A stretch of DNA of 64,000 bases from Octopus sinensis (Eukaryota), in assembly GCF_006345805.1 (NCBI RefSeq), contig NC_043000.1, positions 162,998,001-163,062,000 on the forward strand, read 5' to 3'. The number at the start of each line of letters is the position of its first letter. Position 1 is the stretch's first letter. The position numbers and the translations under genes are program-made. Under the pieces are notes generated by a model. That model saw only the letters and a list, made by a program, of their open reading frames with translations, was not told where the DNA came from and did not search any database. Of the stretch, positions 12,120-26,708 are shown one piece after another.

Positions 12120-12390
12120 ATAATAACAATAATAATCCTTTCTATTATAGACACAAGGCCTGAAATTGTGGGGGAGAGGGGGCCTGTCGATTAGCTCGAC
12201 CTCATCATCGATGACGACAACGATGATGATGATGATGATCCTTTTCTTTTATAGGCACAAACCTGAAATTTAGTGGAAGGGGACTAGTCGATAACATCGA
12301 CCCTAGTGCTCGACTAACACTTACCTTTATCGACCTCGAAGGATGAAAGGCAAAGTCGACCTCGGCGGCATTTGAATTCGGAGCGTGAAA
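12120..12390 (-). mobile_element. Two degenerate tandem SINE A 3' portions
   Basis: ggcctgaaatt..gtcga..gatgaaaggcaaagtcgacctcggcgg. Confidence 0.7.
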
Positions 12391-12667
12391 TGATGATTAT
12401 AATGAAAATAATAAACAAGGGTCACGCCTTGCATAATCAATATTCTATAAACTTTTCTTCTCTTCCCGCCAACATCCTTTGAGCTGTGAATGAAAACCCC
12501 GTGGGACCGGAAGATGTGTTGAACAATAACAAAGCAATACAATCCCAGCCCTAGGTATGAGGTCGCTCGGCAGGCATTTGTTATCTAGCTGATATCAAGG
12601 GGAAAATTACAAATAACAATGATACATTTATATATGTATATGTATATATATTATATATATATATGTG

Positions 12668-12703
<36 letters not shown>

Positions 12704-12705
<2 letters not shown>

Positions 12706-12816
12706 TGGCCTGCTCGCTTAGCCAGCGGGGTGGCGTCATTTGAAGGCTAAAACAATGCGAAGCGCATTGTGACCAGCGATGTGTAGCAACATCTGATAGC
12801 CTGGTCGGTCACGGTG

Positions 12817-12889
<73 letters not shown>

Positions 12890-12987
12890 TTATATATATA
12901 TACATACATATACATATACATATATATATATGCATCAGCCGAAATTTTGTGTTTTTATATATATTTTTTATACACACACACACACAC

Positions 12988-13024
<37 letters not shown>

Positions 13025-13075
13025 GCATCAGCCGAAATTTTGTGTTTTTATATATATTTTTTATACACACACACA

Positions 13076-13123
<48 letters not shown>

Positions 13124-13660
13124 TATATATATATATATATATATTAAGGTATGTAGAAAAATACAACATGGACAAGAACGTATAACTCAAGAAGACGATA
13201 CAATAAACACGGACAGGACATTCGAAACCCTCAGTCTTCAGTCAAGAACCGGATCATCGTAGTAATTTCGGCTGATTAATCTTGAGATTACTAGATCACG
13301 GCCAGCCCTCCAAGAAAAACTAAGCAACGAGCATTAGAAAAACTAAGCTGGGAGCGTAGATTTCCTGGAAGAAGGATCGAATGCATACGGACACCAGGAC
13401 AGCAAAAGGGACGAATATAAAAAAACAAAAAAATAATGGAATACAGAAACATGAAATACAGAAGCATTAACGGTGAAAACAACAACAAGTGTCTTACGAC
13501 TGATAACAAGCAAACAAATTTTTTCTCTGGCGCAAGGAAAGGAGCCTTATCGGCGATGCCTATAGCGGCGGACGAAAAACAACGATGTTAACACGACGCT
13601 GGTCAGAAGCTGAAAGGCAGATTTCGGCCAGCAGTCACGTGACAGAGAAGAGAGAAAAGA
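12704..13660. repeat. Composite repeat: module X (12704-12815), microsatellites, two deleted module Y copies, inverted module Y and extension; possibly Penelope-related
   Basis: X recurs at 16283-16400; catcagccgaaatt at ~12933, ~13025, ~16699 and inverted at ~13265. Confidence 0.65.
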
Positions 13661-14234
13661 AAAGAAAGAGAAATATATATATATATATATACACATATAT
13701 ATTTACACACACGTACTTACATACATATATACATTCATGATTTTGTTTCAGTCATCTGAAATGGATCGACACAGTTTTTTTGTTTTTAAAGTTTTCTAAA
13801 CAGTATATTCTCTTTAAACCTCCGACCGACATATGTTTCTGCTGCCTAGATATCCTGCCATGTGGTGTCCATTTGCATTCTTTTGGTCCGGTTGCATTAA
13901 GATTTAATCCTAGTTAAACTAATCTGTGCGGTTTTAATCAAGGTGTCGTTAGTAGTGGAGTTTGATAAAGCTGCATGCATACCTTTAACAAGGGTGAAAT
14001 CTTAATGCAGACGAACTACTCAGTTTCTATGAATCCAGTTTCGTGCACAAGGCTTAGATGAAACTAAGACTCTGGTGAGGGCACGCATGTGTACACAAGC
14101 TGCAACCGCACCCACTGTATAAGAAACTGCTATTCTTAATCAGTGAAGCAAATTTCCCAGCCTTTCAGCCATATGCGTGTATATGAGTGTGTTCGTGACT
14201 GTGTGTGCTTGTGTCTATATTTGTATCTGTTTAT

Positions 14235-14400
14235 ATATATCTCTATTTATAAAGCTGAAATGCGAAAAGTTTGTTTGTTTGTCTGGTTTTGGCATTGAGA
14301 ATGGGTTAAAGGCCACTAGATCCCGTCGGATTAACTCCAAAATTTACAGAGACATGTAAAATGAGGTGACGATGCCAGCGTCTAACTCCCCTTCACTTTC
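14235..14400 (+). mobile_element. 5' end of a Helitron-like non-autonomous element
   Basis: TCTCTATTTATAAAGCTGAA resembles the 5' terminus of the element at 21733-22119. Confidence 0.45.
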
Positions 14401-14924
14401 TCTTTATAACGTCCTCAAACGGCGTTCTGTATCTCCCCCTCGCCGCCTTCGATAGCGCCTTCACTCTCTCTCTCTCTACGTCTGTCTGCATTCATAGACA
14501 GAATTATCATCGCCACCACCACCACACAATCATGAGAACAAATATTATGAATCAGATATTTATTGGGTTAATTTATATATATGTGTGTGTGTGTGTTCTA
14601 TATATAAATATGTATATATAATGTATATATACAAAGTGTATATATCTGTATTTATGTATATTAAACTTTTTAGTACTTTTTGATACTTTTTGATATTTAA
14701 AAAGAATTATAAATATAAATTAATAATTTTAATTTTAACTTTAAATAATTTAAATTTTTCAATTTTATATTTTATATATTTTGTACATTATATTTTTATT
14801 TTTATGTTTTGGGTTATGTTTTTCACTGATTTGCCTATTAGTGGTTTTATCTCTAATTTAATTTATACACATATATATATAATTTGTATACATTTGTATA
14901 TATAATGTGTGCACGCACACACAT

Positions 14925-14996
<72 letters not shown>

Positions 14997-15891
14997 TATA
15001 TATTATATATATATATATTATATATATATATATTATATATATATTATATATATATATATATATATACATATATATAATGTGTGCATTATGTGGTCGGTTG
15101 AGCTGAAAATATGCACACCTATGTTAAAAGTGCTGGCAAGTTTGCATGACAACTATGTTTTTCCTCAAATGAAAGGCGTGACCTCTAGAACAAAATTCCT
15201 CATCTTATAAAATGTGGCCTCAGTAGACCCGAATGAAATCGGGTTATATTAACCAAAATGTGAAAAGGGGTCTAAATGGGGCTGGAAGGGGATTAAAATT
15301 TAAAGGAGCGGGTGTTTACGAATTCTCTGTTACATCAAGCTAAAAAAATTGCGCCAGCCTTTTCATTGCCAATGTGTTGCCGTCCATGATGAAGAAGTTT
15401 TGAATGCTTGCCATGGTGAGTCTAATGTCGTGAGAAAGAATCACTTCAAAACTTGGTGTTTAGGAATTTTCTTTTACATCAAGTTCAAAATTTTACGCCA
15501 GCCGTTAAACTGTCAATATGTTGCTGTCAGTCGTTAAGAAATGCCAGCCATGGTGACTCTACTATCCTCACATTCTATCCCTTCAAACTTTGGTTTCCAA
15601 TATTTTATTATTTTTATTCAGCTCGCAAGTTCGTCTGTCCCTTTTAAATGTTAGTGTTCTGCTGTCTGACTTGAAGCAGACCTTTCCGTTGTCACTGCCT
15701 GATATTTATGATTGATCTTTCAAAATATTTTATTTCTTAACTTACTCAACATCTTTTGTTGTTTATAAATGGGAGATAGATAGATAGAGAAAGATAGAGA
15801 GTAAGAGAAAGCGAGGGAGAGTCCGAGAGAAAAGAAAAGTAAGAGAGTTGGAAAGTGTGAGAGAAAGGAGAGAGAAACAAAGAGGGAGAAT

Positions 15892-16205
15892 CATCATCAT
15901 TATCACCATCGTTTAACGTCCGTTTTCCGTGCTAGCACCAGTTGGACAGTTTGACCGGCGTCTGGTAAGCCAGGAGGCTGCACCAGGCCCCAGTCTGACC
16001 TGGCAGTGTTTCTACAGGTGGATACCCTTCCTAACGCCAACCACTCTGTAAGTGTAGTGGGTGCTTTTTTCGTGCCGCCGGCACAGGTGCCAGGGAGGCT
16101 GGCAGCGGCCACGATCGGTTGGTGCTTTTTAGTGCCACCCGCACAGAAGCCAGTCAAGGCGGCGCTGCAATCGGCCACGTTCGGATGGTGCTTTTTACGT
16201 GCTAA
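15892..16205 (-). mobile_element. RTE-tailed SINE/LINE 3' end with (CAT)n tail and ~60-bp internal repeats
   Basis: catcatcat..cgtttaacgtccgttttcc..ggatacccttcctaacgccaacc; three ggtgcttttt..gtgc units. Confidence 0.6.
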
Positions 16206-16282
16206 AAGGAAGCAACAGAAAGTAACAACCACACTCTTACCCGCGCGTAGAGCGGGTCGCCTTAAGCTAGTATATATATATA

Positions 16283-16402
16283 TATTGGCCTGCTCACTTA
16301 GCCAGCGGGGTGGCGTCATTTGAAGGCTAAAAAAATGCGAAGTGCATTGTGACCAGCGATGTGTAGCAACATCTGATTGCCTGGTCGGTCACGGTGATCA
16401 CG

Positions 16403-16456
<54 letters not shown>

Positions 16457-16498
16457 TATATACATATGTATATATATATATGTATGTATGTATGTATG

Positions 16499-16532
<34 letters not shown>

Positions 16533-16582
16533 ATATATACATACATACATACATATATATATACATATGTATATATGCATAT

Positions 16583-16632
<50 letters not shown>

Positions 16633-16830
16633 ATATATAATATATATATATACATATATATATATAATATATATATATATATTATATATATATATATGCA
16701 TCAGCCGAAATTGCGAGGATGATCCGGTTCTTGACTCAAGATTAGAGGCTTCGAATGACCCGTCCGTTTTTTTTGTGTCGTCTATTTGAATGTTTTGCGT
16801 TCTTGTCCCATTTTGTATTTTTATATATAT
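16283..16830 (+). repeat. Second module X - (TA)n - module Y composite
   Basis: Near-identical X; 16697-16830 is the reverse complement of ~13155-13277. Confidence 0.75.
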
Positions 16831-17484
16831 ATTTTATACATATAAATATATTCCAGACTTTCTCTGTGGTTTCGAATATACTGTCGGCGGGGAGTTGCGG
16901 GGTCGCATTGTACTCATGCACCAATAATCAGGTGTTGACATTAGATAGGAGAATGTTAAAGAAAAACACTTATACACGCTATAAAATTACCCCATAAAAA
17001 CAGATAAATTAAGGAAGCCATGCTAATATCGGAATACAATGCAAAAAAATGATTGTGCGAACATCAGATACGCCAAAACAAATCAAAAATTGCCGTTAAC
17101 ACGTGGGTATTGGCATAAAAACCTGACGGCCAAAATTTTGACTGCGACAAACAAATACATATGGACTGTTAACGTGTGTAGCCAACGGCCATAAAATTCT
17201 TAGCGGTAAAGTATAAAGGAATTCAACCAATATATGAAAAAACAAATATATTCAGTTTTGGGGAATAATATTATGATTTTCTGGAAATGAGGAATATGAT
17301 TTTTGAACATTTATTGTTGCAGACTAGATGTAAAAAAAGACTAAGAAAATACGAAAACCCTAAGATAAAAAAGATAAAATTTGAACAAAGTCTTGTGTTT
17401 AATGAAGCATACATAAAAGGAAAGTTATCTTTATATGTACGTATGTGAATGTGTATGTACGTATAGACTGATATACATATATGG

Positions 17485-17526
<42 letters not shown>

Positions 17527-17580
17527 ATATATAATATATATATACATACATGTATGTATATATAGATATAACATACAAAC

Positions 17581-17627
<47 letters not shown>

Positions 17628-17884
17628 CATGCAAACATACAAATATATACATGCACACACAATTGTGTGCGTTCATAAATATACATTGTATGTATATATC
17701 TAATTTGTTTATCCACATAATTGCCTCTATATCTACTTTTGTATGTATGTATGTATGTATGTATGTATGTATGTATGTATGTGTATGTATGTATGTATGC
17801 ATGTATGTATGTATATGTATGTACGTACGTATGTATGTATGCATACATGCATGCATGTATATATGTATGTATGCATTCATATAT

Positions 17885-18366
17885 GTTCTCTTCTGTCTTT
17901 ACATATTTAAATTCTTCCTATTAGAAAGGAGTTGGTTCCTAACAATGATACATAGCTCCATCATTGCATCATTGCAATATAAATAAAAATAAACACTGTC
18001 ACATTTTAAATTTGAGAAAAGTCTTGCATATTTTTACTGTTCCATTGACAGATTGTATTTGTAATGTGCGAGTTGGTTGATTTCCTTTTCTAAAAAACCT
18101 AGTTTATCCAGATTGTCACTTAGGCATTTGCTCCAAAACGAAGTGTACCTATTTGTATTGGTATAAATGCGAATTTATAATCTGGAGATAGAAGCTGGTG
18201 GTTTCGAGGTTGTCCACTTTCTCTTTGGTTTTCAAAGAGATATTCACATCTCGAGACAGTTGAATTCTTTGATGGTACACAGTTTTTTCTCGTCTGTCCC
18301 AAACAACAATGTCCGACTTGTGTTGCTTACACTTGGTATATGTTTTGTTGGGAATGTTCCACCAGT
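17885..18366 (-). mobile_element. R4/Dong-like element 3' end, restriction-like endonuclease domain remnant
   Basis: YWWNIPNKT..HKSDIVVWDRREK..DVNISLKTKEKVDN / QLLSPDYKFAFIPIQIGTL fits the PD-(D/E)xK RLE region. Confidence 0.75.
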
Positions 18367-18654
18367 ATGTGTATGTATGTATGTATGTATGTATGTATGT
18401 ATGAATGTATGTATGTATGTATGTATGTATGTGTGTGTAGATAAGTTTTTCTTTTATTCCATCTACGGACTGACGCAAACCACACGAATGAAATTGGGTA
18501 AAATAGAAATTGCATAGAAATCCTCAACGTTGACTGCAATTCTAAGTCAAGAGATCAGGTTTCTTACGCACTATGACACCCTGATTCAACCTTATAATTG
18601 ACTATTTTAAGAGCTCATAATTCCGTGGAATACCCACTCACTAACTCTATAATT

Positions 18655-18994
18655 CAGGGATAACCAACATTTTTCGAGAAGCGGACCGTACAAGAGATAG
18701 CTACTAAAAATCTAATAGAAATTTTTCGTTATGCGAAGGGCGGCGATCCGGCGGAATTGTCAACACGCAGGGCAAAATCCTTAGGGGAATTCCGTCCGTC
18801 TTTACGTTCTGAGTTCGAATTCCGCCGAAGTATACTTTACCTTTCATCCTCTCGGGGTCGATAAATTAAGTACCAGTTTATTATAGAGTCGATGTCATCC
18901 CTCGAAACTGTTGGCCTTGTACCAATATTTGAAATCAATTTTCCGTTAGGTGAACCATTAAGAAAATCTCATGGACTACAGGTAGCCCATAATG
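18655..18994. mobile_element. Possible old hAT MITE interrupted by SINE A
   Basis: cagggataaccaac .. ggtagcccataatg ends; imperfect 8-bp flanks ctataatt/ggataatt. Confidence 0.35.
18738..18938 (+). mobile_element. SINE A copy, inverted partner of 20362-20576
   Basis: Shares private variants with the partner copy. Confidence 0.85.
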
Positions 18995-19277
18995 GATAAT
19001 TCAATCGAATGAAAATTCAGTAAGTTGATCCACCACATGAAAACACCTATCATTCGAAGTGACAGCGGCTATGTTCTCTTTTATTTACGTGGCAGTTCAC
19101 AAATTTCTTATGTCGGACTGTTATGAAAAGCTGATCGAGGAAACATGAGCAAAGACCGTAAAGAATAATTTGATTAAAAAAAACTGACAGTTATTGTTAG
19201 CAAATTGAGCAACTATGTAGAACATCGCTCGCTCGTTCGGACAAAGTTCTTATTTACGTAGCGTATCTGAGTGAGTA

Positions 19278-19338
<61 letters not shown>

Positions 19339-19644
19339 TCATATGCTTGCATAGTAAATATTTGATTTATAGAAATCATCACCACCTCTAGAAAGTGTAC
19401 TACAATTACCAAATATCATTTGAGACCAGCTCTACTTGAGAAGGGGAGACAATTTCAAGCCTCAACTAATTCTCCGCAGCTGACACACCATTAAGGCTTT
19501 TGTCTGCAGATGAGCGTAGATAAATTAAGAATTGACAATGAATGGTATTTGGTATATATGTATTCGTATCTCCTCTGCTCCTTATATACATGTCACTGAC
19601 CATTCTCTTTTAGTCTCTTAGTTCGTTAATTGTTCAATTCATAT

Positions 19645-20195
19645 ACATACATGGTGGCTGCCCCCTCGTTATCGAGTATGTTCATTGCACGAAGCTTAAT
19701 CAATGTTGTTATCGTGCAATGCCTGTGCAAGAAGATTTTTTTTTAAGTGAGGAAAGGCTGTGCGCTGAGTCAATCCCACTCAACTAAGCAACAGCAGCCA
19801 TAATCCGAAAAGAAGAACAAGTCAACATCATCGGTAACCACTGAGCCGCAGGTTTTATGTCGGAGTTATCCCAGTTACCTGAGTTATCTTTTCCTAGAAG
19901 GATGCCCTAACAAAGGCTAGGAGTCTTTCACTCCCAATGGTTTAACCGCGCGATCGGGTATTCAGTCCGATTATTTCTATGTCCCCGCGCATGATACACC
20001 CTTAAAACATTTATTGGATGGCTGTTGATTCTCCGCCTTTTGACGGGTTTTGTTTTTCATGCCGCAGGGTGTCCAATAAACACCCTCCTCACCAAGCAAG
20101 CTTGGTGGGGTTGCCGGTTTAGACGCCGACGGCCCGACCATGCAACAGGTTGTACTGGGTTACATGCTACCAGTAGCACACGAAAGTGACCTGAC
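19645..20195. repeat. GC-richer dispersed repeat, probably a LINE 5' region (similar block at 37950-38215)
   Basis: Composition shift and recalled similarity only; no protein motif. Confidence 0.3.
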
Positions 20196-20215
20196 ATAGA
20201 TAGATAGATACATAC

Positions 20216-20246
<31 letters not shown>

Positions 20247-20361
20247 CATACATACATACATACATACATACATACATACATACATACACACATACATACA
20301 CACATGCATGCATGCATACATATGTACGTAAGTGTGTGTATGCACGCGCGTACGCGCGCCT

Positions 20362-20576
20362 GTACTGGCCAACAGTTAGTACAAGGCCAACAGTTTCGAG
20401 GGATGACATAAGTCAATTACATCGACTCTATGATAAACTGGTACTTAATTTATCGACCCCGAGAGGATGAAAGGTAAAGTATACTTCGGCAGAATTTGAG
20501 CTCAGAACGTAAAGACGGACGAAATTCCCCTGAGGATTTTGCCGGGCGTGGTGACAATTCCACCGGCTCGCCGCCC
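20362..20576 (-). mobile_element. SINE A copy
   Basis: Full head and body on the minus strand. Confidence 0.85.
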
Positions 20577-20626
20577 TTCGATTAACGAAGCTTTTGGGCT
20601 GAAACAGGCAAAGGACTAAAATGTGT

Positions 20627-20696
<70 letters not shown>

Positions 20697-20701
20697 CGGT
20701 G

Positions 20702-20848
20702 AAGGCGCAGGTCTCGGTGGTTATTGTGTCAGGCTCATAACCATGAGTTAGTGAGTTCGATTCCAGGACTGGGCTGGGTATTGTGTTCTTGAGCAAGACA
20801 CTTTATTTTCACTTTGCCACAGTTCACTCAATTGTAGAAATGAGTTGC
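20702..20848 (+). mobile_element. SINE family B 5' part
   Basis: ggcgcagg..gtggtt..gagttcgattcc..ttcttgagcaagacactttatt. Confidence 0.8.
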
Positions 20849-21059
20849 ACACACACACACACACACACACATACACACACATACACATATATCTATTTCT
20901 ATCTATATCTATATATGTGTGTGTGTATGTATGTATGTATGTATATGTGTGCGTGTGTGTATATATGCATAGGTATATGTATATATCTATATATATACTA
21001 TATATGTACATATCAATATTTGCATATACATTCACATATATATGCATACATGCATACAG

Positions 21060-21065
21060 ATAGAT

Positions 21066-21099
<34 letters not shown>

Positions 21100-21101
21100 G
21101 C

Positions 21102-21151
<50 letters not shown>

Positions 21152-21160
21152 GTAGATTGG

Positions 21161-21196
<36 letters not shown>

Positions 21197-21215
21197 GATA
21201 GATAGATAGATAGAT

Positions 21216-21264
<49 letters not shown>

Positions 21265-21277
21265 TAGATAGATAGAT

Positions 21278-21343
<66 letters not shown>

Positions 21344-21345
21344 TA
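21060..21345. repeat. Long (GACA)n/(GATA)n microsatellite
   Basis: Directly visible. Confidence 0.95.
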
Positions 21346-21732
21346 CTTGAACGCAGATTAAGTTTTACCTGGAAATATTCACCGGCTGATTAACTTTTTA
21401 AGTTGGTAATGGTAGCAGTCTCCATATGAAAACACTTAGTTACAAATCTGTTCGTTGGGCTAAAATACCTTCACAGGTGAATGACGTTTTGTAAATGTTG
21501 GTGTATTTGTTGTTTCCGTAGTATTAGTAACACCAAAACAAGCCTACAGCAGTAGGAGTAGCAGCAGTGGTTTCTATTGTGCTTGAAGTTTTGGTGGTAT
21601 AACTTGTTATATTTTTATCGTTGGCTTTATCACTTACGTAGTGTGACAAAATATTTCGTGTAATGGATTGAAATGAATGCTTTGATTTATTTACATTCTG
21701 AGTTCAAATCCCGCGCGAGATTTATCTGTTTA

Positions 21733-22119
21733 CTAGCAGTATCGCCCGGCGTTGCTCTGGTTTGTTTCGACCCTTTAAAATTGGAATTTTTGAGAAGTAA
21801 AACTTTTGCATAATGTAGCTTGTTATTCTCTTTAAGTGAACATTTTTCTGGTTGAAATACACCGAAAAATGGCGACACAGCAGTCAAAAAATCGTAAAAA
21901 AATAGGGATTTTCATAGAAAAACAGTACCTTTTTGATGTAAATAATTTTTGGTCTTAACACGGTCCGATTTGAATTCTACGGATGGAAGAGCAAGCCTTC
22001 TTCTATCATACTCTCAATTTTGGTCAACTTGCGCAAACAGGGACTCGGAGAAGTTAGTGTTAGTTGAAGGCTACCAAACTTGCCTTACACAGACAACTTC
22101 AGCTTTATTTATAGAGAGA
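21733..22119 (-). mobile_element. Non-autonomous Helitron-like element
   Basis: Minus strand: A|TCTCTCTATAAATAAAGCTG ... gcaacgccgggcgatactgCTAG|T, i.e. TC start, GC hairpin, CTAG end, AT target; other ends near 30640 and 31660. Confidence 0.7.
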
Positions 22120-22251
22120 TTTATTTATTTGTTTATCTATTTACTTTAGTTACATGATTCTCTGATCGATAAAACAAGTATCTTTCAAATACTGATGCCA
22201 ACATTATTGACCCGGCTTTCCACGAAATTTGTGATCTGCTCTTTGTATTAG

Positions 22252-23886
22252 AAACCGGCGGAAATCGTGGATGTCAATGACATACAGCAGAATTACGAAG
22301 AAGGAATGTGTGCAGGTATTAACCAGGGCAAATCAGTGGGCCTCTAGAATCACAATACGATGAAGGGCACCGGTTTTTGTTAGGGAACTGAAGAGTCCAG
22401 TTAAAGCAATTAGGATCCACTTTCTGAAAAATTTGTCTACTGCTAAAAATTGCCTCCAAGACATTCCGAAAAACTGTCGTTGATGACGCTCTGGCACGCA
22501 CTAAGGTTAACACTAGTAGATAGATTTCTATAGTTGCGACACGTCTTTCCGTTGCTCGTCTCTCAGAAAAATCTACGGTCCTCGGTGAAGCACAAGCCGA
22601 GATTTAGAGTTTGGAATCTGCAATGTTTCCAGGCGCTCACTGCAACTGCTCCAACAGTAATGGATGGAATGTCAGACCTCGCATTCTATAAAGGATTAGT
22701 GGTTTATTTGAACAATGGTGAGTTGGGTTCCGTTCAGGTTTTTCATGAGGACAGCCAGAATAGTTACTTTCAAAATAATTTCAGTGACCTTCAAGAGCTA
22801 CTGATTTACCATAACAAAAATCAGTGACCTAGCAATACCTTTTCAATCACTGAATTCTTAGACAAAACTATTGTCACTAGTAGAGTTCCAATTTTGAGCA
22901 GGCCAGATAATTTCCTTAAAGACAATGAATATATATTCCAGTTAGTGGATGTCTCTGTACTGTCTGACAGCAATCTTACTCAAATAAGATCTGAAGAGGA
23001 CATCTGAATACAAAGACTTATAACTTAATATTGAAGATGCATGAAAAGAAAATGCAAATAACTGTTATATTTAGAGTTGTCAGTAATTCTGAGTAATTCC
23101 ATTTTAAATTCCTCCAAATTAGTCCAGAATATTCGTCAAACGTTAGACTTTTCTCCTTTAAGGCAAACAAATTTATCCCGCCTTTGATCAGTTTAAACTC
23201 ACTAATGGTCAGATGCAGACTATCATTAGTCCCCTCCAGTCGTGCTATTTGCTACAAAATATACAGATGACTGCCTTAATAGATATGGCTTTATAACTGG
23301 TAAAACAGAATTAATAAGGAACGTGTAGAAATTTGTTTAGTTTTGCTTAACAAAAGTAACCAAAAAAGTGTGAATCTTTATCCATTTTAAGGAAATCTCC
23401 AGTTTCCTGTTTATATTTAGACAAGGGTTTGGCTGATTTTTGTCACCAAGGCAATCTTGCAAAACATGTCACTAAATTTGCTGATAAATATGAGCCACAC
23501 CTTAAAGCAGTGAATCATACGTTTCCTGTCACGAATTTCTATTTAAAAATATATTATGGGAAGTTGCTAAAAAGATTAGCAGATAAACAAATGATAATTC
23601 CCAGATAGATTACATTCACAAAAGTAAAGGAAATTAAGGCATTATTCTAGACATTATTCTATGCTATTTCTCATCACTGCAGGAAATTTTGACTAAATAT
23701 GATTGCGAGCTTAAATGTGGTCGTAGTAAAGTTGTTGGTAGTGATGGTGGTTCTCAGACGCTCTATGACGAGGCAGATCCAGTCGCTTGGTCAAATGAGC
23801 AATCAGCTCCTGAATTAACATGCAAGTGGTTGGACATTGCACGGATAAATGTTACTTTCCAGAATCGGCGGGACAGACTGCAATAA
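22252..23886 (+). CDS. Candidate spliced gene of unknown function: exons 22252-22315, 22633-22717, 23421-23509, 23683-(23886)
   Basis: Canonical AG/GT sites with compatible phases (2/0/1/0) give NRRKSWMSMTYSRITKKECVQALTATAPTVMDGMSDLAFYKGLVVYLNNDKGLADFCHQGNLAKHVTKFADKYEPHLKAEILTKYDCELKCGR...; no homolog recognised; start not found. Confidence 0.45.
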
Positions 23887-24647
23887 GACTATACTTTTTG
23901 AATTACAGATTGACGTACTTTTATACAGATCGATGTATTCCCGTCTATCTAATTACACTGACAAAGTATGGCTTAGCTCAAGGCTATAGCAAATGATGTT
24001 TGCTATGTGGAGTGATCATGTTCAGGACTTTATGGATGCGAAGCGAATTTCTTAACTACTCGGTTGTATTGCATCTACGAGGAATTGAGCAAAGGGTATA
24101 ATAAAATTCCTGTGAGTATATCTTTCGAAACATATGTGATGAGAAACAGAAATAACCGTAGTGAGCTGACTTTAAGATATCGCTTCTATCTACAGCTGAA
24201 GCCCATTTACGCAATCAATCACTCAACCTTTCACCTCCTCTCTCTCTCTCTCTCTCTCACTCTCTCTCTCTCTTCTCTCTCTTTCTACTCCTCTCTCTCT
24301 CTCTTTTTCTCTCTCTTCCTCTCCTTTTTACGCGTGATAATCACTGGTAAAAGTGAGTCTCATTATCTACTGGGAAGTTAGAAAAGTAGTAGATTGTGCC
24401 TTCGTGTAATATTTCTTGAGCAAGTCATTCTGGTACTTAATTACACTATGCTACGTGAGGTGGGAAGCTGAAAAGTCCCTACATTTAGGTAAAAGAAAAT
24501 ACACTTCAACATGGCTGTTCCGTTCGATCGGAATTTACTGCGATTTTTTAACCCCAAGATGGCATCTCTAGCTGCGATCATCTCTTAGAGAGATTTTAGA
24601 ACCAGCTTTTTAGCTTATATATATACATACATACATACATATAATAT

Positions 24648-24743
<96 letters not shown>

Positions 24744-25291
24744 GGTTAACTGTGGAGTATGCCTCGTTGAGTAATTGCTACTTCCGAGGAATCATTTGTA
24801 GCCGAGATTTTATCTGTTCCATTCCCTAAATTTGGATGTTTATTCGCATACACAGAAATCCTAGTTGGTAACTGTAAGTTATAAAATAACTTTTTTCAAC
24901 TTATCGAACTTCGATATGGGAAAAATGTTTCAAACTTCTATTCCAATAAAGCACTACTGTTCCTGAAAGTTGATTTTTATACCTTCTACGGACTGCTCGA
25001 AGTTTACTAACTTCCTGCACCTGAATCCTTGGTTCTTTCCTTTACATACCATTATATATATATATATATAAAGAGAAAAGGGAAAGAGAAAAGAGATATG
25101 GAGATTTCACAAAAAAACAAAAGACAAAGACAGGTGGTGTAAACGACAAACAGATGTATTAGTTTAATGCTCGGGAAGTGAAAAAGTCTTTAATGTTTTG
25201 AACTTATGCTCTTCCACAGAAAGGAACATAGAAAGAAACAAGGAGAGAAAATAAAGAATGTGTGGTGGCTAGTGATATATCATGTGTGTGT

Positions 25292-25327
<36 letters not shown>

Positions 25328-26457
25328 CTTCAAGCTACTCCAAGTTCCATACTTGCAAAGTTTAATATTTGGTGATTCAATCAGTTGAACAAACCGATAT
25401 GATGAAATTTGAATCCCTGACAATGATTAAAATTAATAGCAATTTGGTTCTATTAAATGTATTGTGTACTACCATCAGTAAATGTTCCGTTTTTTATTTC
25501 TAAAGAAATTGATCGACAACACCAAATATTAAATACACACTCACATACACACACATACGCACACACACACACACATATATATACATAAACACATATATGC
25601 GTATAGGCATGCATCTGTGTATATATGTCTCTACATATGTATGTTTGCTTGTGTGTCTGTATTTATTTCTAGATTAATATTCTCATCTATATACATTTAT
25701 TGGGATATGTTGGTATATATATACGTGGTTACATAACTACATATGTGTATATTAATACATCTGCAATGACTCTGTTATGAATATATTGGAATGCTTGAAT
25801 ATGCAATCTATAGTAGCAAAGCTTATTTCGATCCAACTTCTTTTTTTTTAAAGCCAGTTGAACGGATTTTTGCTTTAAAAAAACAACTTGTAGCATTAAC
25901 AAGTTTTGACCTCTATCTAACTTGCACTCTGTTACTAATCGAACTAGTGTTATCTATAAACATTCTTTTATCAACCCGAAAATTCCACAACACAATCCTC
26001 TATACAATGAATCTGGATCAGTCATAAGAAAGCATTCAGCTATCACCAATACTGATTTGAATAGGACACTTCTGTTACATGAACCCCCGTATAAGTTTAC
26101 TTCATACAACTTGCCCTAACATACATGGCTGGTTAAACTGAAAATTACTCGATCAAACCAGTAAAAGGTTCCCGCCACTCTTCCTTCCCCTCACAACATC
26201 TGCTCTTCTTACTCTTCCCTCTTCTGCCTACAAATTCGTTTATATCACATTTAATTTTCATATATCTCGGTCCACCTGCTCAAACAACCTAAATGTAAGA
26301 CAGGACAATAGCCAGTAACTTGAATCTTCGAAGTTACTCTCAACATTTTCTTTGTCAAGCGCGTATATGTATATGTGTCTGTCTGTTTATCTAGATAGCT
26401 ATCTACCTCACTGATTTGTGTATATGTTTGTGTGAGTAAATACATATGTGCATGTTA

Positions 26458-26506
<49 letters not shown>

Positions 26507-26708
26507 TATATATATGTGTGTATACATACATACATACAGAAATATGCGTACATATATGCATATTCATACATATACATACATACATACATATATACATACA
26601 TACATGTGTATGTATGTGTGTGTATGTAAGGTGAGATGAGAAATTTATGCCTCATAGATCTTCATAACAGGTGGTTACTGCGAGAAGAGGAGAGTACACG
26701 AGCCAATA

